Assembly: GCA_049584315.1 (NCBI GenBank) | Contig: JBAUXO010000355.1 | Coordinates: forward strand, 87,558-151,557 | Direction: 5' to 3' | Length of the DNA: 64,000 nt | Origin: Candidatus Sulfotelmatobacter sp. | GTDB taxonomy: Bacteria; Acidobacteriota; Terriglobia; Terriglobales; Acidobacteriaceae | Part shown: positions 20,048 through 29,478 of the stretch, in pieces | Layout of the letters: each line of letters begins with the position of its first letter | Position numbering within the stretch: position 1 is the first letter of the stretch | Notes under the pieces: generated by a model | The model's database searches: none | What the model saw: only the letters and a program-made list of their open reading frames with translations | What the model was told of the DNA's origin: nothing | Translations under genes and position numbers: made by a program

Positions 20048-20113
20048 GGGTCGTGACTGTTGAAATCGCGTCAATAGATGCACTTTTTTGACCCGGACGG
20101 GTGTCGGGCAATT

Positions 20114-20185
20114 CTCGGTGAGCGTTATCGCCTGTGTCGGTTGAAAAACTCCTAATTTTGTCAAAATAGGAGTTTTTCAATAGAC
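20114..20185 (+). repeat. Palindromic repeat element, copy 1 (perfect 14-bp stem TTGAAAAACTCCTA / TAGGAGTTTTTCAA, 12-nt loop)
   Basis: CTCGGTGAGCGTTATCGCCTGTGTCGGTTGAAAAACTCC...GGAGTTTTTCAA. Arms lie at 20141-20154 and 20167-20180. It is related to 29231-29390. Confidence 0.7.
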
Positions 20186-20407
20186 ACTCCCGATTACGCT
20201 CAAAACTCCACCTGACGGGCGAACAGACGCCGCAAGCTTGTGACATCGGCCTGTTAACAATCTCTGCGCATGATAGCCTTGGTTTGCTGAGATGGCCGAC
20301 TGGCCGTATCGGCAAGGCGAAGCGGACTCGCGGAGTGGTCTTGCGGTTCAAGAAGTACACCCACTCTGCGGACGAGAGTGTACTGGGTAGTTAAGAAAAG
20401 GGAACAC

Positions 20408-21541
20408 ATGAAAAAGTCTCTTCTCCTGATAATCGCTGTTTTTGCCGTACAGCAACTGGCGGCTGCCGCCAATCCCAATCCTCCACTGAAGGTGGGCATT
20501 GTCGGCCTTGAGCACGGGCACATCGAGTTTTCCCTGCGGGGCGGCGCGCTCGCACCCGCCGGCGGACTGCTGAACCGCCCCGATATTCAGATTGTCGGTG
20601 TGGTCGAGTCAGACCAGTCGCTTTTTGACTCCTACGCGCAGCGCCACCATATGTCCGCCGGCCTTCTCTTCCGCAGCATTCAGGAGATGGTCTCGCAAGT
20701 TCATCCTCAGGCGGTTCTGGTTTTCACCGCCCCCAGCGACCACAGGCGGGTCGTCGAGGAATGCGCTGCCCTGGGCGTCCACGTGATGGTGGAGAAGCCT
20801 CTAGCCATCAGCTACAAAGATGCGCTCGCCATCCAAGACGCCGCCCAGCGTGGCAAGATTCATGTCCTCGTCAACCTGGAAACCTCCTGGTACCCAAGCA
20901 ATACCGAAGCCTTCGATCTGCTGCAGCGGGGCGCTCTCGGTCCTATCGTGAAGACGGTCTTCCGAGACGGTCACCGCGGCCCCAAGCTGCTTGGCGTGTT
21001 CGGACCCGAGTTCCTCAACTTTCTAGCCGATCCCAAACAGAACGGTGGCGGAGCTCTGTTCGATTTCGGCTGCTATGGAGCGAATCTCATGACTTGGCTC
21101 ATGGATGGCGAATCTCCGCTATCCGTAACAGCCGTAACGAAGCAACTGCAGCCCGATCTTTATCCCAACGTAGACGACGAAGCGGAGATCATACTGAACT
21201 ACAAGAACGCTGTCGCGATTGTTCAGGCCTCCTGGAATTGGCCTTTCGCAGTAAAGCAAATGGATGTCTATGGGCGCACCGGCTATGCCAAAACCATCGA
21301 CTCCGGGCGCATGGAAGTCCGAAAGGCGAATGCGTCCGAAGGCCAGATAATAAAGGCGCAGTCTCTTTCCGCTCCCTACGACGATCCGTTGCACTACCTG
21401 GAGGCGGTCATGAACGGTGAAGTCCAGGAAGGAAATAGCCTGTCCTCGCTGCAGAACAACGTAACCGCGTCCGAGATTCTCGACGCGGCACGGCAGTCCG
21501 CTCAGACTCGCAAAACTGTTGAGCTACCTCTTCCTAAGTAG
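20408..21541 (+). CDS. Secreted Gfo/Idh/MocA-family NAD(P)-dependent oxidoreductase
   Basis: From ORF 20378..21541. The ATG at 20408 gives signal peptide MKKSLLLIIAVFAVQQLAAAA. LKVGIVGLEHGH is the Rossmann start, and GVHVMVEKPLA is the EKP motif of the family. Confidence 0.8.
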   Translation: MKKSLLLIIAVFAVQQLAAAANPNPPLKVGIVGLEHGHIEFSLRGGALAPAGGLLNRPDIQIVGVVESDQSLFDSYAQRHHMSAGLLFRSIQEMVSQVHPQAVLVFTAPSDHRRVVEECAALGVHVMVEKPLAISYKDALAIQDAAQRGKIHVLVNLETSWYPSNTEAFDLLQRGALGPIVKTVFRDGHRGPKLLGVFGPEFLNFLADPKQNGGGALFDFGCYGANLMTWLMDGESPLSVTAVTKQLQPDLYPNVDDEAEIILNYKNAVAIVQASWNWPFAVKQMDVYGRTGYAKTIDSGRMEVRKANASEGQIIKAQSLSAPYDDPLHYLEAVMNGEVQEGNSLSSLQNNVTASEILDAARQSAQTRKTVELPLPK

Positions 21542-22583
21542 GGCCGATCACCCTATGCGGACGCTTGGAATTCCATATTCTCGTCGACCGAATCTGCGCG
21601 CGGGGCGTGCCAGACGCGTTGTCGCCGGAGCGGTTAGCGCCACACCAAGTGAAGGCCGGGCCCACGACCACTGCGAGGCTGCTGGGCCAGTTCGTGAGAT
21701 GTGCTGACGGAGGGATATGTCACCGAGGACAGAAGGCCCTGGATATCCCCAGAATATTTTCGCGAGTTGCAGGAAGGGTCGGGAGGGAAACTGGCTTAAA
21801 CACTCATTTGACCGGGTTGGCTATCTCTGGTTTCAACAGTTACAGGCTCCGGATCTTTCACTGGGTGCGAGACTCTATCAAGTGTTTCGCAACACCATCC
21901 CAAAGGGTCCACGAATGGAGCCAGTTTCCCTCGACCCGGCGAAGAATCGTACCCACATTGAGGTAATAGTTCTTGTCCCCCTGCTGGACGGGCACACGTA
22001 ATCGCGGCGGGTGGCAGCGTCAAAGGCCTATGACACAACGTATATGAGCCGTTCGGTGGGCATTCTAGCCTAGAACGAAACCTCGTGGTGGAGCAGTCCG
22101 TTGGGAGGCTCGGCAGTCGGCCCTTGAGACCAGTCGATGATGAAACTGCGCGCCTGGGGGGTCAAATCCCGGCTCTGAAGAACTTGTTCCTAAGCCGCTC
22201 CACAGTTGAATATTCGCAAGGACCTTTCGGTCAGTGACCTGAATGGAGATTTGAGCTCAGCACTTTGGATTGTTATTTGACCGTTTCACCCTTTGCGAAC
22301 AGCCGCGCGGGGTTCAACCAGCAGGAAACATGACGGGAAGAGTCAACATCCTCTTCATGTCTCACCTCTCGTGTCCAACATTATTGAACCTCCGAGGCTA
22401 ACTGTCGAAATAACGCTAATTGAAGAGAAAGATTTTACAAACTGGTGACAAACCCTTGACACTTCCGAGTCGTGACTCGACCTACGATCACTGGCCAAGC
22501 AGGTCAGAGAAGGTTCTGTGTCCGTTACTCCTACCGATGGTTCGACCCTCCTCTGCCGCTGATTTCGCTAAGGAGAGACTCCT

Positions 22584-23645
22584 ATGCAGGTTTGCAGGAC
22601 GGCAGTCGTCGCTTGCTTCGGCCTGGTTCTTTTCATGGTTTCGTCCCCGGCCAAAGCACAATATCGGATCACAAACCTAGTTTCGAATCAAGTCCACCAA
22701 GCCCGGACCATCGATCCACTTCTGGCCAACGCCTGGGGATTAGCTCGGGGCGCGACATCGCCTTGGTGGATCAGTGATAACGACACCGGCTGGTCGACCC
22801 TCTATGAGGCAAGTGGAACGCAAGTGCCACTCCGGGTTTTGATTCCGACCGCCGGAAACGGGCCAGCCTCGCCGACCGGCCTAAACGGCCCAGGCACGCC
22901 GACTGGAGTCGTTTTCAACGGATCGTCAACCGATTTCCAGATTCAGGGCATGGCATCAGCCTTCATTTTCGCGACGCTGGATGGGACTATCAGCGCCTGG
23001 GCGCCAGGAGTAAACAAGAACCAAGCGATCATCGCGGTGGACAACTCGGCGAACAAAGCGATGTACACGGGCTTGGCCATCACCAGCAAGCCCTCGGGAA
23101 ATTTCCTCTATGGGGCGGATAACACGAACAATCACATAGATATGTTCGACGGCAACTTCAACCTCGTGAAGTCGTTTGGTGATCCGGCGATTCCATCGAA
23201 CTTCTCCGTGTTCGGCATCCAGGACATTAATGGCCTGGTTTACGTCGCGTATGCTATACCGAACATCGGAGCCGGCGGTTTCATCGACCTCTTCACGGAG
23301 GACGGTACCTTCGTGAAGACACTGATCCAAGGACCGCCACTCAATCAGGCCTGGGGCATCGCCGCGGCCCCCCCCAATTTTGGACCGCTGAGCAACACTC
23401 TGCTGGTTTCAAACAACTCGGTTAACGGCACCATCAACGGGTTTGACCCGATTACCGGGAACTTCGTGGGTACGATCAAGGACCAGAACGGACAGCGGAT
23501 CATCCTCAACAACTTATGGGGAATCGCCTTCGGAGGCGGGAACAAGACCAATGGGGCAACAAACGAGCTGTTCGTCACCGTGGGTCAGGGAATTGGCACC
23601 GCCGAATTGGCCGGCACCTTTTCATCCATCGTCTACAAGCCATAA
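22584..23645 (+). CDS. Secreted TIGR03118-like (beta-propeller-type) hypothetical protein
   Basis: 353 aa with a GGAGAG RBS and signal peptide ...LFMVSSPAKAQ. The N-terminus YRITNLVSNQVHQARTIDPLLANAWGLARGATSPWWISDNDTGWSTLY matches my memory of the TIGR03118 family. The family call is unverified. Confidence 0.7.
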   Translation: MQVCRTAVVACFGLVLFMVSSPAKAQYRITNLVSNQVHQARTIDPLLANAWGLARGATSPWWISDNDTGWSTLYEASGTQVPLRVLIPTAGNGPASPTGLNGPGTPTGVVFNGSSTDFQIQGMASAFIFATLDGTISAWAPGVNKNQAIIAVDNSANKAMYTGLAITSKPSGNFLYGADNTNNHIDMFDGNFNLVKSFGDPAIPSNFSVFGIQDINGLVYVAYAIPNIGAGGFIDLFTEDGTFVKTLIQGPPLNQAWGIAAAPPNFGPLSNTLLVSNNSVNGTINGFDPITGNFVGTIKDQNGQRIILNNLWGIAFGGGNKTNGATNELFVTVGQGIGTAELAGTFSSIVYKP

Positions 23646-23680
23646 CCGACGAGCAGGCTTAAAGCCGAAAACCTAACGGG

Positions 23681-23708
23681 GGCCGCCTGAAAACAGGCGG
23701 CCTTTCTG
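23681..23708 (+). terminator. Rho-independent terminator of the 22584-23645 gene
   Basis: GGCCGCCTG-AAAA-CAGGCGGCC is a perfect 9-bp stem, followed by TTTCT. Confidence 0.75.
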
Positions 23709-23709
23709 C

Positions 23710-24220
23710 GTGTGCCGAGCGGGATCGCAAGCTGGAGGGTGAAAGTCCCTTTGACGAGTTGATGGAAGGGAAGTCATAGCGAAGCGCAAGGGTGAAACAA
23801 CACTCGCCGCGAGACGGGGCCTGAAAGAAGCGCATAGCAAAGACGCGTGCCGATGAACCAGAATCGGATGCGCGGCCTCGGTGGCGGGCGAGCGGGAGCA
23901 TGACTGCGAAGCCCACATCCATCAAGTCCACTGGCGGTAAATCCGGCGGTTGGGCGTCGAAGGCGGTCGAACCTACCTCGGGAGATCTGCGACATGTCAC
24001 ACAACGTGACTGAGGAGGAAGCGATTCACCCTGACCGTGTCGCAGAAGTCCGAGGGCAAAGTAGGTCATGCAGTCGGTGGGAAGATTGAGGCACTCCAAA
24101 GGCCGAAAGGCGGAAAAACAGATGGGCACTCCGGGAACGATGACTGAAGGCCCGAACGGTAGCTGTAGGGGGAATAAAGCGAAGGGTAAGTAAGTGGCGC
24201 GACTCAGGACCGAACAGTCA
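23710..24220 (+). mobile_element. Probable 5' fragment (domains I-III/IV start) of a group II intron; no reverse-transcriptase ORF or domain V/VI
   Basis: It starts with GTGTG (the GUGYG consensus) 2 nt after the terminator T-stretch. It is purine-rich and non-coding, with strings typical of bacterial group II D1-D4 RNAs (GGAGGGTGAAAGTCCC, AGCGAAGCGCAAGG, GAAGGGTAAGTAAG). It ends abruptly at the stop codon of the convergent gene at 24222. Confidence 0.45.
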
Positions 24221-24221
24221 A

Positions 24222-25484
24222 CTATTCCCTCTTCAGTTGCGAAAGCATTTTGTCGATGGATCTTTCAAACTCGGCAGGGGAGTGGATGAGATAGACCTTT
24301 CCGTCTAAGGTTTTCGTTAATTGTTCGATGCCATCAGGGAACAGTTTTCCAGGCGTCGGAGAGTATTCAAAATAAAACCAATGTGGACCGCCTGCATTCT
24401 TCACGATCTGACCCGCGTGGATTGGGCCAGCAGGGCGCGTGGTCGGCCCGAGAAAGACCACTGCATCGGAGAGGTTGCCAGAAACCATTTCCTTGCTGAC
24501 AAGATTGATCAGAAACTTGGGTGTATCGCGATTTTCGAGCGCCTGGGTCGATACGGTGCCTGTCTCAGCTCCACGTAGTTGGTCAATCAAACCGAGAAAC
24601 CCTTCGCCGTCGAAGTGATCTCGCCGGAAGATCTCACGTTGTTGTTCCAGGTTGAAAGCAACGACGCGCACTGATTTGTAGGGCGTCTGACGCAAGAGCG
24701 AGTATAGAGATTCGATCAAGAAAGCTCGATCCCATGCGTGCAACTGTATCGTGCGTGGATTGATGGGTGCGGTATCGAGCAAAACCGTGAGGCGAATCCA
24801 TCCCCCCTGCGCCGCGGCGACAATGTCCGATGCCGGTTTGAACAAGGGTTCGACACTGAGTGGAGCGATCGCAAGAGACACATCTCTTTGAAATCGATGC
24901 ATCGCGATGTGAATCGGCCATCGCTTGCGGAATGTCCGACTTTGTTCGTCGATGACCAGAATCTCGACTCCGTAGTCGCCTTCCCCAACTGCAAATGCAC
25001 CAGTCACCTTGAATTCATTCCGAGCTTTGGAAGCATCCTGCCCCGTGATGAACTTGTCGAGCCCCGGAAGGTCGAACCGCTCAGCTAGCAGAACCGCGGT
25101 CTTACCGGCGGGGGTTACCCGGGCAAAAATCCCAATCGAATTCTTTTTTCCGCCAAAGATCCCCACGCGGCAACGCACGGCGTAGCCGGAATCAAAGCGG
25201 AATGAGAAATCCAGTTTCGGTGTCCATTCGTGAACCGAACAAGGTAGGAGGTCCGGCGAAGAAGAAGTGAAAAAAGGCGTGATTACATCAGCCTCTTGGA
25301 TCGATAGCGGAATTTGGGCAAGCGTCGGTGTCGCAAAGAGCGCAAAGATTAGAGGGAGCAAAATCGACAAACCATTTGGCCATGTAACTGATGCCAGCAT
25401 CGCATCGCGGCAAACACAGAGATTCGCCAGGCCCAGTCTACTACGCTGCCTGGCTAGGATTGCTGTTGAAACATCCCGATTCAC
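24222..25484 (-). CDS. Secreted hypothetical protein (C-terminal half loosely VWA-like)
   Basis: 420 aa with a GTG start and GAGGGA RBS. Hydrophobic leader LSILLPLIFALFATPTLAQ. It lies downstream of, and is probably co-transcribed with, the wHTH-TPR regulator. No firm family assignment. Confidence 0.65.
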   Translation of the reverse strand: MNRDVSTAILARQRSRLGLANLCVCRDAMLASVTWPNGLSILLPLIFALFATPTLAQIPLSIQEADVITPFFTSSSPDLLPCSVHEWTPKLDFSFRFDSGYAVRCRVGIFGGKKNSIGIFARVTPAGKTAVLLAERFDLPGLDKFITGQDASKARNEFKVTGAFAVGEGDYGVEILVIDEQSRTFRKRWPIHIAMHRFQRDVSLAIAPLSVEPLFKPASDIVAAAQGGWIRLTVLLDTAPINPRTIQLHAWDRAFLIESLYSLLRQTPYKSVRVVAFNLEQQREIFRRDHFDGEGFLGLIDQLRGAETGTVSTQALENRDTPKFLINLVSKEMVSGNLSDAVVFLGPTTRPAGPIHAGQIVKNAGGPHWFYFEYSPTPGKLFPDGIEQLTKTLDGKVYLIHSPAEFERSIDKMLSQLKRE

Positions 25485-25538
25485 TCAAAATCCCTCAATG
25501 AGCCTTATTGCCTTGATTACGATAGTTGAGAACTTCTG

Positions 25539-27959
25539 CTATTGCAGCTTCGCGTACTCCGCTTCGGCCTGCTTGAGGATGGGGATGTCGGGGTCGGCGT
25601 CTTTCCAGAGGGTGAAGAAATCTTTGTAAGCGGCGAGTGCCCGTACACGGGCGGCGTCAGCATCCGCGCCCTGCGAGGTTCTCGACTGCAAGGCGTTGGC
25701 ACGAGCCACTCCGAGATGCGCCAAGGCTCCCGTCCAGCAGTTCCAGACGATGCCGCTGTGATCGAGAATCTTCTGAAACTCGCCTGCGGCAGCACTGCCC
25801 TGTCCGGCTGCCAAGTATGCCTCGCCGCGTACGTACACATGATAAAGACAGGAAATATTGTTACCGAACGGGATGTTGCCCAACTCGATGGGTGAAGCAG
25901 CTTGCAAGGCATTCAGAGCGGGAATGGGATTCTTCTTGTCCAGTGCCAATTGTGCCCGGATCGCAGGCAGCCAAAGTGACTGTATCTGAGTGTCCAGTGG
26001 GAAGCGTTTGCCTAAGTCCTTGGCCAAGGTCTCGGCTCGCGCCGTGTCGCCCGCCCTGGCAAACGCAAGCGCCGCTTCATTCTCGGCACCCTGACTCGCG
26101 GGGGCAAGTTTTAAGGCCTTTGCCGCTATCTGCCGGGCCTCCGCCGCGTTCCCGTAAGCCGCTTCTTGTAGCGCCGCATTCGCCTGCCATATCGCCCCAC
26201 TTTCTTTGTTGTCCGCCCGCACGGCGGATTCCACAGCTCGTTCGATGAGTTCCAACGCCTGGCCAAGATGACCAATGTAGGCCTCGGTGTCGGATGCAAG
26301 CGCAAGTCCATAGTGTTCATACTCGGGTTTGCCCGCGAGCCAGTCTTGCTGTTCCGCCATCGCCGCGGAGTCCGAGCCCAAAAAGGCCAAAGCGTAGAGA
26401 TCACAGTGGAGTTGGTAGTCATCCAGTTTTCGCGCCTGCGCCTCGCGGATGACCTTCCGCGTTTCTTCAAGACGTTGCAAGGCAAGAGTGTAGGCATCCA
26501 GAGCTTCGTGGTAGCGGACCTGATCGGGCGCAAGTCGCACGGCTTGGCGGGTTACTTCCTTGGCCTTCTCGTACTGACCTAGTGCGGCGTATTCCACGCC
26601 CAGATTCAGGTAGCCGATGCCTTCCCGCGGATAGCTCGCAATCTCCTCCTGATAAGTCTGGACCGCTTTATTCACCTCGCCGGTTACAGTCGAATAGTAA
26701 GCAGCTGTGATCGCCAGCTTTTCCCGTTCGCTCGCATGTTCCCGCAAGTGGAATGCCTTGGTGAAGTACGCGCTAGCCCGAGCGACCTCGCCGAGGCTGT
26801 TGTACTCAAAGCCCACTGCCTCGTAGCCCAGGGCAAAATTCGGGTCCAGCTCGATGGCGCGTTGATTGTAGGGCAGGGCTGCGGCCACGCCTCGCTCGCG
26901 AAACGCTTTTCGGCCAAGGCTGTACGCTTTCAGAGCTTCGAGCGAAGGCGTGGTGGCCTCTGCCAGCGGAACATCGAATCTCTGCACAGTAGCCAGGGAT
27001 TCTCCCAGTTCGCGCCGCACCCGGGATGCCGCTTCGCCCAGTTGGTCCAGTACCATCTCCTTGGACGCAGCCGTCACCTGCTCCTGAGCGAGCGTTTCAC
27101 CGTTCTGACAATTCACCGCCTTCAGCCCCACCACATATTCGCTGCCCAGACTGCCAATCGCTCCAGCAAGGTACGCCTTGCAGGCCGCCCGCAGGCAAAG
27201 GTCGCGAGCCACCTCGGGCGTGAGTTTCGTACTGGCTGGGCGGGTCATCAGTTGCAATGTCTTCGCCACGTCGCTGTCGGACAGCACATTGAGGAACGGT
27301 GATTGCCGCAAGGAGATGTTGAGTGCCGTCTTCAGCGTCTCGTCGAACACCGGATCGCCCGTCGAATTCTCGAAGTCCGAGACCAAAACCGAGTCGGTCT
27401 CGCCTAACGCAATGGACTTGTGCCGGCGAAGCATAAGGATGGATCCCATCAATAACAGGACACCAAATGCGGTGGCCGCGAGAATCCAGACCCAGCGGCG
27501 TCCGCGAGGTTGCGGCAGCGCAGGAATCGTCGGCGCCTTCGCTTCCATCTGCTCCCTCTGTTCGATAACTATCCTCGACAGGGAGCGACTTTCGAGGACC
27601 AAACCCGTTCCCTCCTCTGATATTGCTCGTACTCTTTCGGCAAAGCGATAGCCCCGCCCCGGCAAGGTCAGAATGTAACGGTGGTCTTGCGCGGTTTCTC
27701 CCAGGGCTTTCCGCACCATAGAAATGTGTTTGGTGAGATTGGCCTCTTCGACGAACGTGTCGGGCCAGAGCTTCTTCATCAGTTCGTCCTTGGAGACTTC
27801 CTCGTCGCCGTGCTCGACCAGGATCAGCAAGGTCTCAAACGCTTTGGACGTGAGCGGTATGGTCCGGTCTCCGCGCAGGAGCAGGTTTCTGCCCGGGTCA
27901 ACGCGGTAGGGTCCGAATTCGTAGAACTGCTTGCCCGTCATGCGCAAACGCGCTTTCAC
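25539..27959 (-). CDS. Membrane-anchored winged-helix (OmpR/CadC-type) DNA-binding protein with TPR-rich periplasmic region
   Basis: 806 aa. YEFGPYRVDPGRNLLLRGDRTIPLTSKAFETLLILVEHGDEEVSKDELMKKLWPDTFVEEANLTKHISMVRKAL...LPGRGYRF is trans_reg_C-like. One TM helix (WVWILAATAFGVLLLMGSILML), then multiple TPR-like repeats. Confidence 0.85.
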   Translation of the reverse strand: MKARLRMTGKQFYEFGPYRVDPGRNLLLRGDRTIPLTSKAFETLLILVEHGDEEVSKDELMKKLWPDTFVEEANLTKHISMVRKALGETAQDHRYILTLPGRGYRFAERVRAISEEGTGLVLESRSLSRIVIEQREQMEAKAPTIPALPQPRGRRWVWILAATAFGVLLLMGSILMLRRHKSIALGETDSVLVSDFENSTGDPVFDETLKTALNISLRQSPFLNVLSDSDVAKTLQLMTRPASTKLTPEVARDLCLRAACKAYLAGAIGSLGSEYVVGLKAVNCQNGETLAQEQVTAASKEMVLDQLGEAASRVRRELGESLATVQRFDVPLAEATTPSLEALKAYSLGRKAFRERGVAAALPYNQRAIELDPNFALGYEAVGFEYNSLGEVARASAYFTKAFHLREHASEREKLAITAAYYSTVTGEVNKAVQTYQEEIASYPREGIGYLNLGVEYAALGQYEKAKEVTRQAVRLAPDQVRYHEALDAYTLALQRLEETRKVIREAQARKLDDYQLHCDLYALAFLGSDSAAMAEQQDWLAGKPEYEHYGLALASDTEAYIGHLGQALELIERAVESAVRADNKESGAIWQANAALQEAAYGNAAEARQIAAKALKLAPASQGAENEAALAFARAGDTARAETLAKDLGKRFPLDTQIQSLWLPAIRAQLALDKKNPIPALNALQAASPIELGNIPFGNNISCLYHVYVRGEAYLAAGQGSAAAGEFQKILDHSGIVWNCWTGALAHLGVARANALQSRTSQGADADAARVRALAAYKDFFTLWKDADPDIPILKQAEAEYAKLQ

Positions 27960-28230
27960 AAGATTTCAGAAGTTTTCACCGTCCATTTCAGGACATTTCT
28001 TGGGCGCCCATGCACAAATGCTGCTTGTTCGGCGACCGGGTCGGTGGCCAAAGAGGAATTCTGGTGTACCACGGTAGCACAGATCTAAGGGCCAGAAAAG
28101 CTGCGGTGCCGCGTGCACGCCGTGATAGGCGGGTTCTCACCACTGGCTGAGGGTGCGCCCGGCGACCCATCGTTCCGAACCCCCATGGGAAGTCCTGGAA
28201 TTTTGATCAAGCACGCAGAGGAGAAACCAA

Positions 28231-29061
28231 ATGACGATACAGTCCTGTGCAAAAGTTGCGGGAACCGTCGTAACGTTCGTTGCGATCGTACTTGCGGCAA
28301 TGTCTATCAAGGCGCCCCGCGCTCACGCGGACGATGACGACAGGGAGTCCAGAATCAAAATTGGCTTCGAGATAGCGCCCGTCCCCCTGAATCTGGCGGG
28401 TAAAGACCGGGCTATGGTGGGGCTCGGCAGCTATCTGGTCAACGCGGTGGGCGACTGCAATGGTTGCCACACCGCGGGCGGACCTCCAAACTTTAATTAC
28501 GCGCAAGGCGGAAACCCCTATTTTAACCAGCCGCAGGTGACCGATCCGACCGTCTACCTGAGCGGTGGCCAGAACTTCGGTCCCGTCGGGACTCCAACCG
28601 GGCCTAACGGTTACTCTGGTCCGAACATGATTTCCCGAAACTTGACGCCGGACAAGAATGGGCTGCCGGAGGGCGGTCATACGCTCTCAGAGTTTAAGCG
28701 GATCCTGAGGCATGGCAAAGATTTCGACCACATCCATCCCACCTGTACGGCAGCACAGCTGGCAGAGATTGAGGCGGGTGCCACGCCCGTTTGCATTCCC
28801 ACTTCACCTGGCAATACAGTCGACGGTGATCTCCTGCAAGTCATGCCCTGGCCGACGTTTTCGCACATGAGCGACGGAGACATCGAGGCCATCTACGAAT
28901 ATCTGAGCGCCATCCCCTGCATCGACAACACAACGAGCCCGCCACCGGACGGTGCGCCCAACGAGCTACGCAACGACTGCGGGAACGGCGGGGCGGCAGC
29001 CAACGATGCTGTCAAAGATTCTAGAACTCAGCAAGCTCCGCGAGCGCGCCAAGTCCGCTGA
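28231..29061 (+). CDS. Secreted monoheme c-type cytochrome-like protein
   Basis: 276 aa with signal peptide ...VLAAMSIKAPRAHA. It has a single CxxCH (GDCNGCHTAGG) and a distal Met context VMPWPTFSHMSDGDIEAIYEYL. Confidence 0.7.
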   Translation: MTIQSCAKVAGTVVTFVAIVLAAMSIKAPRAHADDDDRESRIKIGFEIAPVPLNLAGKDRAMVGLGSYLVNAVGDCNGCHTAGGPPNFNYAQGGNPYFNQPQVTDPTVYLSGGQNFGPVGTPTGPNGYSGPNMISRNLTPDKNGLPEGGHTLSEFKRILRHGKDFDHIHPTCTAAQLAEIEAGATPVCIPTSPGNTVDGDLLQVMPWPTFSHMSDGDIEAIYEYLSAIPCIDNTTSPPPDGAPNELRNDCGNGGAAANDAVKDSRTQQAPRARQVR

Positions 29062-29161
29062 ATCTGGGCTGAAAAAACTACGGCTTGGTCGGACCTGGCA
29101 ACTATCTTGGTCAACGCGTGCGGCTGGGCCACATTCAGCCTGATAACCTAAACAAAGTTGC

Positions 29162-29200
29162 CCCACCCTTCGCCATTTTCCGAAGGGTGGGCTTTCTGTT
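29162..29200 (+). terminator. Rho-independent terminator
   Basis: CCCACCCTTCG-ccattttc-CGAAGGGTGGG is an 11-bp stem, followed by CTTTCTGTT. Confidence 0.7.
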
Positions 29201-29230
29201 GACGTGATATCCCTATTAACTCATTGACGG

Positions 29231-29390
29231 TCGGTGAGTGTGATCGCCTGTGTTGAAAAACTCACTCGCCGGAAATGGTCGAAAAAACCTTGCAATAGGA
29301 AACCCTACGAACGACGATCTCCATTTTGGCAAACATTTTCTGTTTCCCAAATTCCGGCTATTTGGACAAAACAGGAGTTTTTCAACATGC
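29231..29390 (+). repeat. Palindromic repeat element, copy 2 (arms separated by about 110 nt)
   Basis: TCGGTGAGTGTGATCGCCTGTGTTGAAAAACTC (arm 29253-29263) ... GGAGTTTTTCAA (29374-29385). It is the same element as 20114-20185, in the same orientation. Confidence 0.65.
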
Positions 29391-29478
29391 CTGTTTCAAC
29401 AGTGACGCGGAGAACAACCAGACCGAATTAAATACGATTCTGATTTATGCACAAGCGAATGCGGTTTCTACGTGCTGC

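Noticed and set aside
21565-22038. ORFs 21565..21966 (+), 21717..22001 (+) and 21796..22038 (-)
   Set aside because: They mutually overlap, lack RBSs and have Arg/Pro/Gly-biased translations with no motifs. The region is reported instead as an unexplained non-coding gap.
22155-22176. tRNA T-arm-like string GGGGGGTCAAATCCCGGC
   Set aside because: The flanking stem bases do not pair (only 3 bp), and no acceptor, D or anticodon arms could be built around it.
23659-24129. 156-aa minus-strand ORF across the terminator/intron-like region
   Set aside because: The translation is Arg/Pro/Ser-rich with no motifs and spans a terminator hairpin. The region is better explained as structured non-coding RNA (a group II intron fragment).
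23710-24220. Possibility that this RNA-like region is RNase P RNA or a cobalamin riboswitch (because of GGTGAAAGTCC-like strings)
   Set aside because: It lacks the RNase P hallmarks (GAGGAAAGUCCGGGC P4 context, ACAGAA, AGAACCCGGCUUA). It also lacks the B12 box and GCCACTG core of cobalamin riboswitches. The position after a terminator with a GUGYG start fits a group II intron better.
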